A stretch of 41,142 bases of DNA from an uncultured Oscillospiraceae bacterium. Lineage in GTDB: Bacteria; Bacillota; Clostridia; UMGS1883. Position numbers and translations under genes: made by a program. Every line of letters starts with the position of its first letter. Positions within the stretch are counted from its first letter, which is position 1. The notes under the pieces were generated by a model. It made no database searches, had not been told where the DNA came from, and saw only the letters and a list, made by a program, of their open reading frames with translations. Below are positions 17,501 through 25,706 of this stretch, piece after piece. The stretch is taken from NCBI GenBank assembly GCA_964551215.1, contig CAZKBV010000005.1, positions 1 to 41,142 of the forward strand, written 5' to 3'.

Positions 17501-20500
17501 TCTTTCCGTTGTAGAAAGCAAGACCGATTGTATGCAGGTCGTATACTCCGCCCAAATCTATTACCGCCCACTGGGGGTCGCGGTTATTGTAATCCGCTTG
17601 GGCGGACCAGCGGGTAGAAAGATCGCGGGTGAGTATATTTACGGCCTCGTTACCGGATTGCTGGGCGGAGGCGGTGATATATCTTTCAAGGGTGGGGATA
17701 AGAATACAATCGCCGGTATCGGGCTTCTTGTTTTCCCCATTGGGGTTTCTGGAATCCACTTTGGGAATATAAGGCGTAAGACCGGTAATATCGTTCCAAA
17801 GCATAACGCCGGCGTATCCGGTATCTATAGATACATTTTTAACGGAGGTTACGGCTCTTTCGGAATTGGCGGGAACGGTTATTTCTTCGCTTTCCACGCT
17901 TTGAAGCTTGCCTTCGTCATCGTATTTCGCCGCAATAACGGTAACCTTTTTATCCGCCGAGGTGCCGTTAAAAATGTCGGCAACGCAGTGGGCATAGGCG
18001 GAAAGATTGGCGTCCATCGCATTTTCCACCGAAGCGGACATGGTAAACACCGGTGAATAGGAGCATAGCAAATACGCGTTAAGGCCGTCCTTATCCATAA
18101 CAATGCTGTCGGTAAGCTTTGTTATATCGCTATTTTCCGCGTCAAGCCCCGTTACGGTATAGGCTCCGTCAAGTATCGTGAAATCGTCCTCGGAGAGGGT
18201 GAATGTGTCGCCAAAGGGGATGTTGACGGGAGCGGTGTAAATTTCCTCCCCTTCATACATATAATGAAGCGTCATATCGCCGCCCCGTCCCAAAACGGGA
18301 GCAAGGCGAGGCTCCAAAATATAAGTCAGGCAGTCGGGGAGAACCAGCGTCATGCTCTTTTCGGAGGCGGGAGTCGTTAAGAACACCTCTACGGTGTCTC
18401 CCTTGTTAAAAGTGGAAAGATATTCGGTAAATTCACGGGAATCCATGTCCAGAACATCTTCGTATTTATTGCCGGTTTTTATTACAATGCCGCCGATGTA
18501 TTCCGGAATATTCTCGTTTTCGGCGAGAGTAAAGGTAAGGCGGTAATCCGTTTCCGGCTCAACGTCAAATTCGTTGTAAAGCTGGCCGAAGGCGTCGCCG
18601 TAGTAGGCTTCATGCACGGTTATTACGGCTTCCGCCGAAACGGAGTCGGAATGTTCTATATCGCCGTAAAGGGTAAATTCCCCCTTCGTTCCGTAAGAGC
18701 GGAAGTCGGTTTCGTCCCAGCGCCAGACAACGTTTTCCGTTACGGGAGTGCCGTTGTCGAGATACGCCGCTACGGTTGAGGGCAGGGAGGGCTTGACTCC
18801 CCGATAGGTTTCGGCTTCCACAGCGTCGGCGGAGATTATTTCCCTGCGGACGTATTTTATCAAAATTTCATTCCCGTCCTCGTTAAGAGAATCCAAATGA
18901 AGGTCCGGGTCTTTTTCGTCATCCGCCGGAGGATTGGGAGAGGTCAGAAAGTCGTAATAGTATATCCCTTCGGGGTCGGCTTCGGGGTAGTATATGGGGT
19001 TGGGGATTGCGCTTTGGTATTCGTAAGGGTGATTTAGCTTTCCCTTTAGGCTGATAGGCTCGGCAATATCCACGGTTTTGCCGCCTATTTCAGCCACGCT
19101 GCGCACCGTTACGGGGGCGTCGGGAATGTAGTTCGTTGTGCGAAGCACGGGAGCCGATTCTTCGCCGCTTTCCTTGGAGGCGGCTATCGTAGCGCAGGTA
19201 TTTGCCTCAATGTAGAAGGAAAGGTTTTCGTCGTCTCTGTGGTTACGGACAAAGTCGGTAACGTCAAGCTCAATCCAGCTTGCGCTGAAGGAGGATTGCT
19301 TAACGGAAAGGGAGGAGATGTACTCGGCTCCCAGCATATCGCTTTCGGAGCCGTTCCACGTCAGGGAGGTTTCGTCCCAGCTGTCGTTTTCGGGAGCTAT
19401 GCCGTAAACGCTGTACGTTACGGTGGCGTTGTTAGCTATGCTTGTAACGTAAAGACGGATTTTGGAGCTTACTATTGAATCAATTTCCGCCTGACGCTCG
19501 GGGTCATAGTAGCTTTCCCCGAAGTCGCCGCCGTTAAAGCGGAGGAAGGCTTTCCTGTTTGTGTTAGCCGCGCCGGCTCCCTCCGCCAAGCTGATTCTAA
19601 GCTCCTCGGTGTTATGAGGCGTATTTGGCTCATCAAACTGAGTATAGGCGTCGGCTATGACGGTACGGTCGTTTATGTCCCCTTCCTCCACCAAAACAGT
19701 AAGCTGTACGGGCATACCGCTTAAGGTAAGGGAGCCGTACACAATAAAGGAGCCTACCGAGGCGTAGCTTTCGGAAGCGATTTCGTCCCAAAGAACATCC
19801 ATAGAATGGGAGGAGCCGTCGCTCAAATCCACCACTAAAGACGAAGGAAGCGAAGGCGCGCTGCCGGGAGCGGTGGACACAGTGGGAACTCTCACTCCCG
19901 TTATTCCAAGCACCGTTACCCTCGCGCTGACGGGGTCTGATTCAATGCCTATAAGAGTTCCCATAACGGTAAATTCTCCGCCGGAGCTGTAGCTTTCCTC
20001 GGATATTTCCGACCAAGCAACGGGATAGACTTCGCTGCTGCCATCGTTAAACATCACCGTGATTTTTTCCGGAAGAAGGGGCTTTTCGTACTGGGCGGTT
20101 GTCGCGTTTATTTCCTCGAAGCCGGTTATGGCTTTGTTTTCATAAATAAGATATATATCGCTTTCCCCGCTCGGAACCGTAAAGGGGAAGGGGTTTACGG
20201 CGGCGGTTTTTTCCGAGGAAAAATAATATCCGCCGTCAATCGACATCGGGTAGTCTTCGGGGGTGAAAAGCTGACCTTGGGGCAGAGTAAAGGTCTTTGC
20301 CGCCGCGATGTCGTTCTTTTGAGCGTCGGTATAGTGGAGGGTGAGGCGAGAGTTTTCGCGGCTTATGTATTCCACATAGGGGCAGGAAAATTCGTTCGCG
20401 CAGTTGGAAGAATAGAAGTATTCTATGGCCGTATCGCAGGAAAGGACAAAGGAGTATATGCCGTCCTGACTTTGATTGGCGTTCACGTAATCCGTAAGGT

Positions 20501-21569
20501 CGATTTTGAAGAAGCTGAGCGGCATATTTACATCGTCGTCCACAACGGTAAAGGACGCGGCGGCCTCTCCCGAAGCCTTGGGAGCGTTGCTCAAAACGAG
20601 GTCGCCCTCGCTCCAGTCGTTTGAAACGGGAGCGAGAGAAACGGTGTTATCGGCATTGTCGACGCTTTTACCTCTCAAAACAAGGGTAACCCTGTCGTAA
20701 TGGACGGCGGCGCTTTCATCGGGGAGCTTAAATTTGATATAGGAATTTCGTTCGGCTCCGGCGGGATTATTGCCGCTTACGGAAGCCACGCACAGGGAAT
20801 CCTCGCTTCCGTGGGGATTGTCTCTTTCCCCGTCTTTATCAAAGGTAAAGGAATCCTCCATAAGGTAGGTTCGCCCCCACCGAGAGGAGGAAAGCTGACC
20901 GTCCGTTTCTATTTCCAGCGCAGGCCGCGCGGAAGAAACGCCGTATTCCTTGGAATAAAAATCCAGACCGGCGGCGGGACACATTACGCGGAAGGAATAT
21001 GTCTCCTTGGGATTGGTACGGATGTAGTTTGTTAAATCTATTTCAATGACGGAGCCTACAGCCGTATTATTTGAAATAAGGCTGCTGACGCCGGCGGTAT
21101 TTTTAACCTCGGGAGCGTTGCTTCGGGTGAGAGTATCCTCGCTCCAGCCGTCGCCGCAGTCAAAGGCTATGAGGCTTACGCCGGTGACCTTGTCGGAATT
21201 TTTAAGAGCGCAGGCCGAAGTAAGCTTCAGCACGGCGGAGGATATGGAATTAACATCCATGCCGTCAAGGTCGAATTTAAGCATTATGTCTCTGGAATAT
21301 TTAAGTTCGTTTCCTTCGATGCCGGTATAGCCGGGGTCGGCGGGCAGAGGATTGTCGGGGTGGTAGCCGATTTCCAGAGTTGTTTTGCCGCCGTAGACTT
21401 CGTTTTCGCTTCCGCTTTGAAAGCTGACGAAGCTGTCGTCCGTCGGCAGCAGACGCAGAGTGTCCTTCGCCGCAACGGCCGCAGGCAAAGCCGGTGTAAA
21501 CGCCGTAACGGAAAGAACCAGCGCGGCGGATAAAAGCAGCGCCAAAAGCTTTTTGAATTTCATGTTCAT
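14532..21569 (-). CDS. Giant secreted modular glycoside hydrolase: 3x DNRLRE-like, Ig-like (Big_4), F5/8-type C (CBM32-like), tandem unknown domains, AbfB (CBM42-like), C-terminal GH16
   Basis: 2345-aa ORF with GGAGG RBS and signal peptide. GH16 motifs GYWTAFWL and WPPETDMFE (ExDxxE at 14867-14850). AbfB-like GLADPESVSFE...PGYF...FRRDATF. F5/8 STRWSA...W..IDLG. DNRLRE-like LKFDL...W.E..LTW. Big_4-like LP..V...DGS....V.W. Confidence 0.85.
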   Translation of the reverse strand: MNMKFKKLLALLLSAALVLSVTAFTPALPAAVAAKDTLRLLPTDDSFVSFQSGSENEVYGGKTTLEIGYHPDNPLPADPGYTGIEGNELKYSRDIMLKFDLDGMDVNSISSAVLKLTSACALKNSDKVTGVSLIAFDCGDGWSEDTLTRSNAPEVKNTAGVSSLISNNTAVGSVIEIDLTNYIRTNPKETYSFRVMCPAAGLDFYSKEYGVSSARPALEIETDGQLSSSRWGRTYLMEDSFTFDKDGERDNPHGSEDSLCVASVSGNNPAGAERNSYIKFKLPDESAAVHYDRVTLVLRGKSVDNADNTVSLAPVSNDWSEGDLVLSNAPKASGEAAASFTVVDDDVNMPLSFFKIDLTDYVNANQSQDGIYSFVLSCDTAIEYFYSSNCANEFSCPYVEYISRENSRLTLHYTDAQKNDIAAAKTFTLPQGQLFTPEDYPMSIDGGYYFSSEKTAAVNPFPFTVPSGESDIYLIYENKAITGFEEINATTAQYEKPLLPEKITVMFNDGSSEVYPVAWSEISEESYSSGGEFTVMGTLIGIESDPVSARVTVLGITGVRVPTVSTAPGSAPSLPSSLVVDLSDGSSHSMDVLWDEIASESYASVGSFIVYGSLTLSGMPVQLTVLVEEGDINDRTVIADAYTQFDEPNTPHNTEELRISLAEGAGAANTNRKAFLRFNGGDFGESYYDPERQAEIDSIVSSKIRLYVTSIANNATVTYSVYGIAPENDSWDETSLTWNGSESDMLGAEYISSLSVKQSSFSASWIELDVTDFVRNHRDDENLSFYIEANTCATIAASKESGEESAPVLRTTNYIPDAPVTVRSVAEIGGKTVDIAEPISLKGKLNHPYEYQSAIPNPIYYPEADPEGIYYYDFLTSPNPPADDEKDPDLHLDSLNEDGNEILIKYVRREIISADAVEAETYRGVKPSLPSTVAAYLDNGTPVTENVVWRWDETDFRSYGTKGEFTLYGDIEHSDSVSAEAVITVHEAYYGDAFGQLYNEFDVEPETDYRLTFTLAENENIPEYIGGIVIKTGNKYEDVLDMDSREFTEYLSTFNKGDTVEVFLTTPASEKSMTLVLPDCLTYILEPRLAPVLGRGGDMTLHYMYEGEEIYTAPVNIPFGDTFTLSEDDFTILDGAYTVTGLDAENSDITKLTDSIVMDKDGLNAYLLCSYSPVFTMSASVENAMDANLSAYAHCVADIFNGTSADKKVTVIAAKYDDEGKLQSVESEEITVPANSERAVTSVKNVSIDTGYAGVMLWNDITGLTPYIPKVDSRNPNGENKKPDTGDCILIPTLERYITASAQQSGNEAVNILTRDLSTRWSAQADYNNRDPQWAVIDLGGVYDLHTIGLAFYNGKSRYSLFAVDISDDGEMWNEIISPRYSSGRTNSVEYFSFSPETAAYVRIRGYGWKANKITDEGLVEDSGDWFSVTAFEAYGPMNDLSGVTVGEYTDFEGLNGEVVGDSADGSESGWGSAALNEMTYTDYTPSKGTDLFADFALSPAAMGMSEGNTALHIYDNVDRDGDETTGAGSIGVFHKLEIPSEHYKIRFKWFVPNTIEDNTYNAQWAGLTLSGGTVKGGADTSHPVAFQLRLSPSGKNKMSFNYMRSITYNEGSQTSLLGSGTAFSSNCLWDVALDVDESSNTVIVTVSDGSRTESSIVRYGLFNNERTITQTWSNSSVNTIMFNSGAGGKCEMYIDDFSVTAVPDSDVTEGTVMFSEDFSGFTAGEKIRDEIDGISSALIKETNQSYTSSYGTMLDVNIERSLMGGNALHLYDLVSRDGDSTKGAGGVFAYIDLPEFSKTNITKLKFDMYAPISGEYGGFALGRGHNEGGDDTTNPLALQARFSPQTDGMQFNMNSSIWYNKGSYSALVGTGSNRLGTDKVWSFEISVNPNLGNMTVKVTDGSLVSSRTVTIPTGDGADWVNKPINTLIINTGAGTSGNIYIDNIEVIDTGVSKNSLAAVNGVIRLENEYAGNGYYVVHANAAGSALGVSSNQNPYYTRIVERRGLADPESVSFELMDKPGYFVVADTSWNVSVQKYSDTDQFRRDATFNKVNNICGAGSTAFSYQLYRNPKLYLRLNGSIITVAEITDNTGSGIRKACTFHLRNEANSYVSDSFNGSTLSSQWYKGYPWYANYHNHSAVHRDSNVVVSGGRVLLKATKRGDNEWIKNSSGQTGYSDSINGGTWKRYVAWTGVISINSKVYNKGSYIEGSFKQPNSPRGYWTAFWLNGRDSWPPETDMFEYLSSKGTSTWYTATHGGTEGAGWQTSSAVGNLRTQYHTFAIDWGYNYMTMYVNGSAYFKAPDTSYQKNMYLILNTGIGAWESEPDSTTVWNTGLECEYIRSYQYY

Positions 21570-21594
21570 CCCTCCAAGGTTGTACTATATAATA

Positions 21595-21623
21595 ATTATA
21601 GCATAACAAGGGGAAAATGGCAA
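21595..21623 (-). promoter_or_regulatory. sigmaA promoter of the giant GH16 gene
   Basis: TTGCCA (21623-21618), 17 bp, TGcTATAAT (21603-21595). Confidence 0.65.
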
Positions 21624-21746
21624 GGATTATTTTCTGCTTTCGCCGAAATAATCTTTATCGAAACCTTTGAAGATGTCCGGCGTAAGCCGCCGCAAAATTT
21701 ACACATAACAAACGTATAAATTTTGCGGTATTTTATAAAAAACCAC

Positions 21747-21775
21747 TTGCAATCGGCGCGAAACTTGTGTATAAT
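21747..21775 (+). promoter_or_regulatory. sigmaA promoter of the hydrogenase sensory/regulatory genes
   Basis: TTGCAA 21747-21752, 17 bp, TATAAT 21770-21775. Confidence 0.7.
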
Positions 21776-21808
21776 GTTATTAAACAATAAAAACGGGAGG
21801 ATGGCAGT

Positions 21809-22162
21809 ATGAAGCTCGCGGAAATAAAAGAAATCTTAAACGCAAAGGTGTTTACGGGGGAGGATAGTCTTGAAAGGGAAGTGTTCTCGGCCTGCGGAAG
21901 CGACCTTATGAGCGATGTTCTGGCTTTTGTCAAGGATCAGGCTCTTTTGCTGACGGGTCTTGTGAACGGTCAGGTGATACGTACAGCCGAAATGATGGAC
22001 ATCCATGCGGTGATTTTCATAAGAGGCAAGGAGCCTTCTCAGGATATAATCAACCTCGCCGAAAGTCGTGATATAGTTATAATGGCCACGGAAATGCCCA
22101 TGTATCCCGCCTGCGGAAAGCTTTATTCCGCCGGTCTTATAGGGGAAGGCGTGCGGAAATGA
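21809..22162 (+). CDS. DRTGG-domain protein
   Basis: GSDLMSDVLA, LLLTGL, RTAEM, RGK pattern of stand-alone DRTGG proteins in clostridial hydrogenase loci. Confidence 0.8.
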   Translation: MKLAEIKEILNAKVFTGEDSLEREVFSACGSDLMSDVLAFVKDQALLLTGLVNGQVIRTAEMMDIHAVIFIRGKEPSQDIINLAESRDIVIMATEMPMYPACGKLYSAGLIGEGVRK

Positions 22163-22587
22163 GCGAGGCTTTGATGAAGCTCCATTACAATGTGGACGGA
22201 ACGGATTTCACCGTGGCGGGGGAGGCCAGCGGCGCCGTAAAAAAGGTGCTTAAGCAGCTTGGCATCAGCTCGGAGGTTATCCGTAAGGTTGCCATTGCGA
22301 TGTACGAGTGTGAAATAAATATGGTTATTCACGCCAACGGCGGAGTTATAGACGTGGAAATATCCCCAGATAAAATAAGGATGATACATAAGGACGTGGG
22401 TCCGGGTATACCCGACGTGGAAAAGGCCATGCAGGCCGGGTTTTCCACCGCCAGCCAAGAGGTCAGGGAGCTTGGCTTCGGCGCGGGAATGGGGCTTCCG
22501 AATATGAAAAAATATACGGACGAAATGAAAATTACATCCGAAGTGGGTAAAGGCACCACTGTGGATATGACGGTCTATATCAATTAA
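22159..22587 (+). CDS. Anti-sigma regulatory factor / Ser-Thr kinase (RsbT-like HATPase)
   Basis: E.EINMVIHA.GG, DVGPGIPD, GFSTA, GFGAGMGLPNM, GKGTTV. Confidence 0.88.
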   Translation: MSEALMKLHYNVDGTDFTVAGEASGAVKKVLKQLGISSEVIRKVAIAMYECEINMVIHANGGVIDVEISPDKIRMIHKDVGPGIPDVEKAMQAGFSTASQEVRELGFGAGMGLPNMKKYTDEMKITSEVGKGTTVDMTVYIN

Positions 22588-22632
22588 AAATCAAAAAAGA
22601 GAAATTCTGTTAATTCGGAGGGCAGCGTTAAA

Positions 22633-23934
22633 ATGGGAGAAGTTGAAAAAAGACGTCACAGCGTAACGCTGGACCGGAATATGTGCAAGGGATGCACTAC
22701 CTGTATACGCTTTTGCCCAACTCAGGCAATACGCGTCCAAAACGGAAAGGCCAAAATAATCGACGAAAGGTGCATAGACTGCGGCGAATGTATACGCCGC
22801 TGCCAGTACCACGCGAAAAAAGCGATTACCGACAGCTTTGAGATGCTTAAAAGCTTTAAATATAAAATCGCTCTTCCGGCGCCGGCCTTTTGCGGTCAGT
22901 TTTCCAAGGCCGACGATTTCAATATTGTGCTTACGGGGCTTAAAAAGCTCGGCTTTGACCACGTTTTCGAGGTAGCGCGGGGAGCCGAGGTGGTAACGGA
23001 AAAAATGAAGGAGCTTATAGCCGCGGGGGACGCGAAGCTTCCCGTTATATCCTCCGCCTGTCCGGCGGTGGTAAGGCTTGTAGCCGTAAAATATCACGAA
23101 CTTATGGATCATGTCGCCCCTCTTACTTCGCCTATGGAGGCCGCGGCGGAAATGGCAAGGCGCGAGGCTATGGAAAAAACAGGTCTGCCGGACGAGGATA
23201 TAGGCGTTTTCTTCATAACGCCCTGCCCCGCGAAGGTTACGGCAATAAAATGGCCCATAGCCCTGCAACGCTCCAACATAGACGGAGCTATATCCATCAA
23301 GGACGTATATATGCGCCTTGCTCACAGCATAGATAAGCTTACGGAGGTTGAAAATCTCTGCGTCGCCGGAATTAACGGCGTCCGCTGGGCAAACCACGGC
23401 GGCGAGGCGGAGGCCTTGGGACGCGAAAAATATATAGCCGTGGACGGCATCGCCAATGTGATTGAGGTGTTAGATCAGCTTGAGGACGAAAAAATCAACG
23501 ATGTGGAATTTATTGAGGCTCTTGCCTGTACGGGAGGCTGCGTGGGCGGATGTCTCACCGTTGAGAATAATTTTGTCGCCAATTCCCGCATAAGGCGAAT
23601 TTCCCAAAGGCTGGAGGACAAAAAGGGAGTGGCGGACGACGCGCTGCATCTTTATTGGAACAAGAAAATTGAGTATAAGCCGTTTACTCCTCTTGACGAA
23701 AATTTGAGCATAGCCATGCAGAAGGCAATGCGGATGAATGAGATTTATCAGGGACTTCCCCAGCTTGACTGCGGCTCCTGCGGCGCGCCGTCGTGCTACG
23801 CGCTGGCCGAGGATATAGTACGGGGCAAGGCCAATGAGACGGACTGCATTTTCAAGCTGAGAAGCAGAGTAAGCGAGCTGGCAAAGGAAATGGCGGAGTT
23901 GGAAAGCAAGCTCCCGCCTTCAATGAATAATTAG
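22633..23934 (+). CDS. Putative sensory [FeFe]-hydrogenase (Group D/M2e, HydS-like)
   Basis: N-terminal 2x[4Fe-4S] (CKGCTTC..CP, CIDCGEC..C). H-cluster motifs SSACPA, TPCPAK, EALACTGGCVGG. C-terminal Cx2Cx4Cx16C. Confidence 0.85.
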   Translation: MGEVEKRRHSVTLDRNMCKGCTTCIRFCPTQAIRVQNGKAKIIDERCIDCGECIRRCQYHAKKAITDSFEMLKSFKYKIALPAPAFCGQFSKADDFNIVLTGLKKLGFDHVFEVARGAEVVTEKMKELIAAGDAKLPVISSACPAVVRLVAVKYHELMDHVAPLTSPMEAAAEMARREAMEKTGLPDEDIGVFFITPCPAKVTAIKWPIALQRSNIDGAISIKDVYMRLAHSIDKLTEVENLCVAGINGVRWANHGGEAEALGREKYIAVDGIANVIEVLDQLEDEKINDVEFIEALACTGGCVGGCLTVENNFVANSRIRRISQRLEDKKGVADDALHLYWNKKIEYKPFTPLDENLSIAMQKAMRMNEIYQGLPQLDCGSCGAPSCYALAEDIVRGKANETDCIFKLRSRVSELAKEMAELESKLPPSMNN

Positions 23935-23983
23935 AACGCAAAATCAATAAACGCAAAATCAATAAAAAGGAGGCGAAGCCTTA

Positions 23984-24313
23984 ATGACTGTCAAAGAAAT
24001 TGCCGAAAAGCTTAACCTCACCCTTAAATGCGGCGAGGAAGGAACGGATCGAGAGGTCAGCGGCGGATACACCGGGGATTTGCTAAGCCTTGTAATGGGA
24101 AAGGCCAAAAGCGGAAACGTCTGGGTTACGATTCAGACCAACATAAATATTGTCGCCGTGGCAAGTCTTACGGACGCGGCTATGATTATACTCGCCGAGG
24201 GGCTTTCCCCCGACGCGAACACCGCCAAAAGGGCCGATATGGAGGGGATTCCCATTTACAGCAGCGAGAGTACCTCCTTTGAAATAGTGTGCGCGCTTAA
24301 GGATATGGTGTGA
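23984..24313 (+). CDS. DRTGG-domain protein
   Basis: GGYTGDLLSLVM, VWVTIQTNINIVAVASL. AGGAGG RBS. Confidence 0.8.
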   Translation: MTVKEIAEKLNLTLKCGEEGTDREVSGGYTGDLLSLVMGKAKSGNVWVTIQTNINIVAVASLTDAAMIILAEGLSPDANTAKRADMEGIPIYSSESTSFEIVCALKDMV

Positions 24314-24314
24314 T

Positions 24315-25019
24315 ATGGGCAGGTTTTCCTATGATTTGCATATGCATTCCTGCCTTTCTCCCTGCGGTGATGAGGATATGACCCCTCACAGCATCGCCGC
24401 GATGGCTATGCTGAACGGCTTGGACATTATAGCTCTTTCGGATCACAACACGGCTCGCAATGTTCCGGCGGTGATAGAGGCCGCCAAGGAGTGGAACCTT
24501 ACGGTAGTTCCGGGCGTTGAGGCGGAAAGCGCGGAGGAGGTGCATTTGCTGTGTCTTTTTCCCGACGCGGAGGCGGCGTTGAGCATGGGGGAGATATTGG
24601 AAGCCCATCTTCCGCCCATAAATAACCGCCCCGAAATTTTCGGGGAGCAGATTATAATGGACAGCCGTGATAACCGAATCGGCTCCATAGAAAAGCTGCT
24701 TATCAACGCCACCGACCTTCCCATTGAAAAAATAAAGGAGCTGACACTGGAGCGGGGAGGAGTCTGTATTCCGGCTCATATCGACCGGGCCAGCAACAGT
24801 ATTCTTTCAAATTTGGGCTTTATCCCCAAGGAGCTGAATTTTTCCGCGGTCGAGCTTTCGAAGCGGGCTCCCGTGGAAATGAAGGAGGCGGAGGGCTATA
24901 AGGTCATACATAACAGCGACGCTCACTACCTTACGGATATTTCAGAGGCCGTGTGGAAGCTGAATCTGAATGAAAAAACCCCGAAGGCCGTGATAAAGGC
25001 TCTGCTGAAGGGAATTTAA
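24315..25019 (+). CDS. PHP-domain metallophosphoesterase
   Basis: DLHMHS, SDHN, GVE, VH, PAHID, NSDAH. Confidence 0.88.
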   Translation: MGRFSYDLHMHSCLSPCGDEDMTPHSIAAMAMLNGLDIIALSDHNTARNVPAVIEAAKEWNLTVVPGVEAESAEEVHLLCLFPDAEAALSMGEILEAHLPPINNRPEIFGEQIIMDSRDNRIGSIEKLLINATDLPIEKIKELTLERGGVCIPAHIDRASNSILSNLGFIPKELNFSAVELSKRAPVEMKEAEGYKVIHNSDAHYLTDISEAVWKLNLNEKTPKAVIKALLKGI

Positions 25020-25084
25020 AGCCGATAAAATTCATCTTACGGCGTTTTTTATGGCGTTTTTTGCAATAATTTAAAATGTTAGTA

Positions 25085-25113
25085 TAGACAAACTCAATAA
25101 AATCTGTTATAAT
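25085..25113 (+). promoter_or_regulatory. sigmaA promoter of the catalytic hydrogenase operon
   Basis: TAGACA 25085-25090, 17 bp, TGtTATAAT 25105-25113. Confidence 0.65.
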
Positions 25114-25216
25114 TGGTATGTTGAGTTGTCGCGATTTTTAATTTTCGCTGTATTTCTGCGGTTTCTGGCTGCGGGTAATATATTTTTGCTTTTATTTAAA
25201 ATAAGGAGGTAATAAA

Positions 25217-25705
25217 ATGAGCACAAAATCCACGGTACCGTTTAAGGGTACTCCCGAGCAGGAAGCTCAGCTCATGGAAGTCATCAAAAAGCATAGGGAC
25301 ACCAAAGGCGCACTTATTTCGGTGCTGCACGAGGCTCAGGATATTTACGGATATCTGCCTATCGAGGTTCAGTCCATTATCGCAAAAGAGCTGAAGCTCA
25401 CTCTTGCCGAGGTTTACGGCGTTGTAACCTTTTACACGCAGTTTTCTCTCAATCCCAAGGGCGAATACAAAATTTCCGTATGTCTCGGAACCGCGTGCTA
25501 TGTTAAGGGCAGCGGCGACATCATCAATAAGGTGCAGGAAATTCTCGGCATTAATGTTGACAACTGTACTCCCGACGGAAAGTATTCCCTTTCGGCGACG
25601 CGCTGCATAGGCGCCTGCGGCCTTGCTCCCGTTATGACCGTGAACGACGATGTATACGGTCGTCTCGTTGTTGACGATGTTGCCGGTATTTTGGCAAAGT
25701 ATTAA
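25217..25705 (+). CDS. hydC: NuoE-like [2Fe-2S] subunit of NAD-dependent [FeFe]-hydrogenase (HydC)
   Basis: VYGVVTFY, VCLGTACYVKG, RCIGACGLAP. Confidence 0.9.
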   Translation: MSTKSTVPFKGTPEQEAQLMEVIKKHRDTKGALISVLHEAQDIYGYLPIEVQSIIAKELKLTLAEVYGVVTFYTQFSLNPKGEYKISVCLGTACYVKGSGDIINKVQEILGINVDNCTPDGKYSLSATRCIGACGLAPVMTVNDDVYGRLVVDDVAGILAKY

Positions 25706-25706
25706 T

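Noticed and set aside
21775-21792. TGTTATT-AAAC-AATAAAA as a Rex operator
   Set aside because: Symmetry and register do not fit the 18-bp Rex consensus, likely an AT-rich chance palindrome.
24311-24317. TGA read-through or selenocysteine fusing DRTGG to PHP
   Set aside because: The next ORF is in a different frame and no SECIS-like hairpin is evident.
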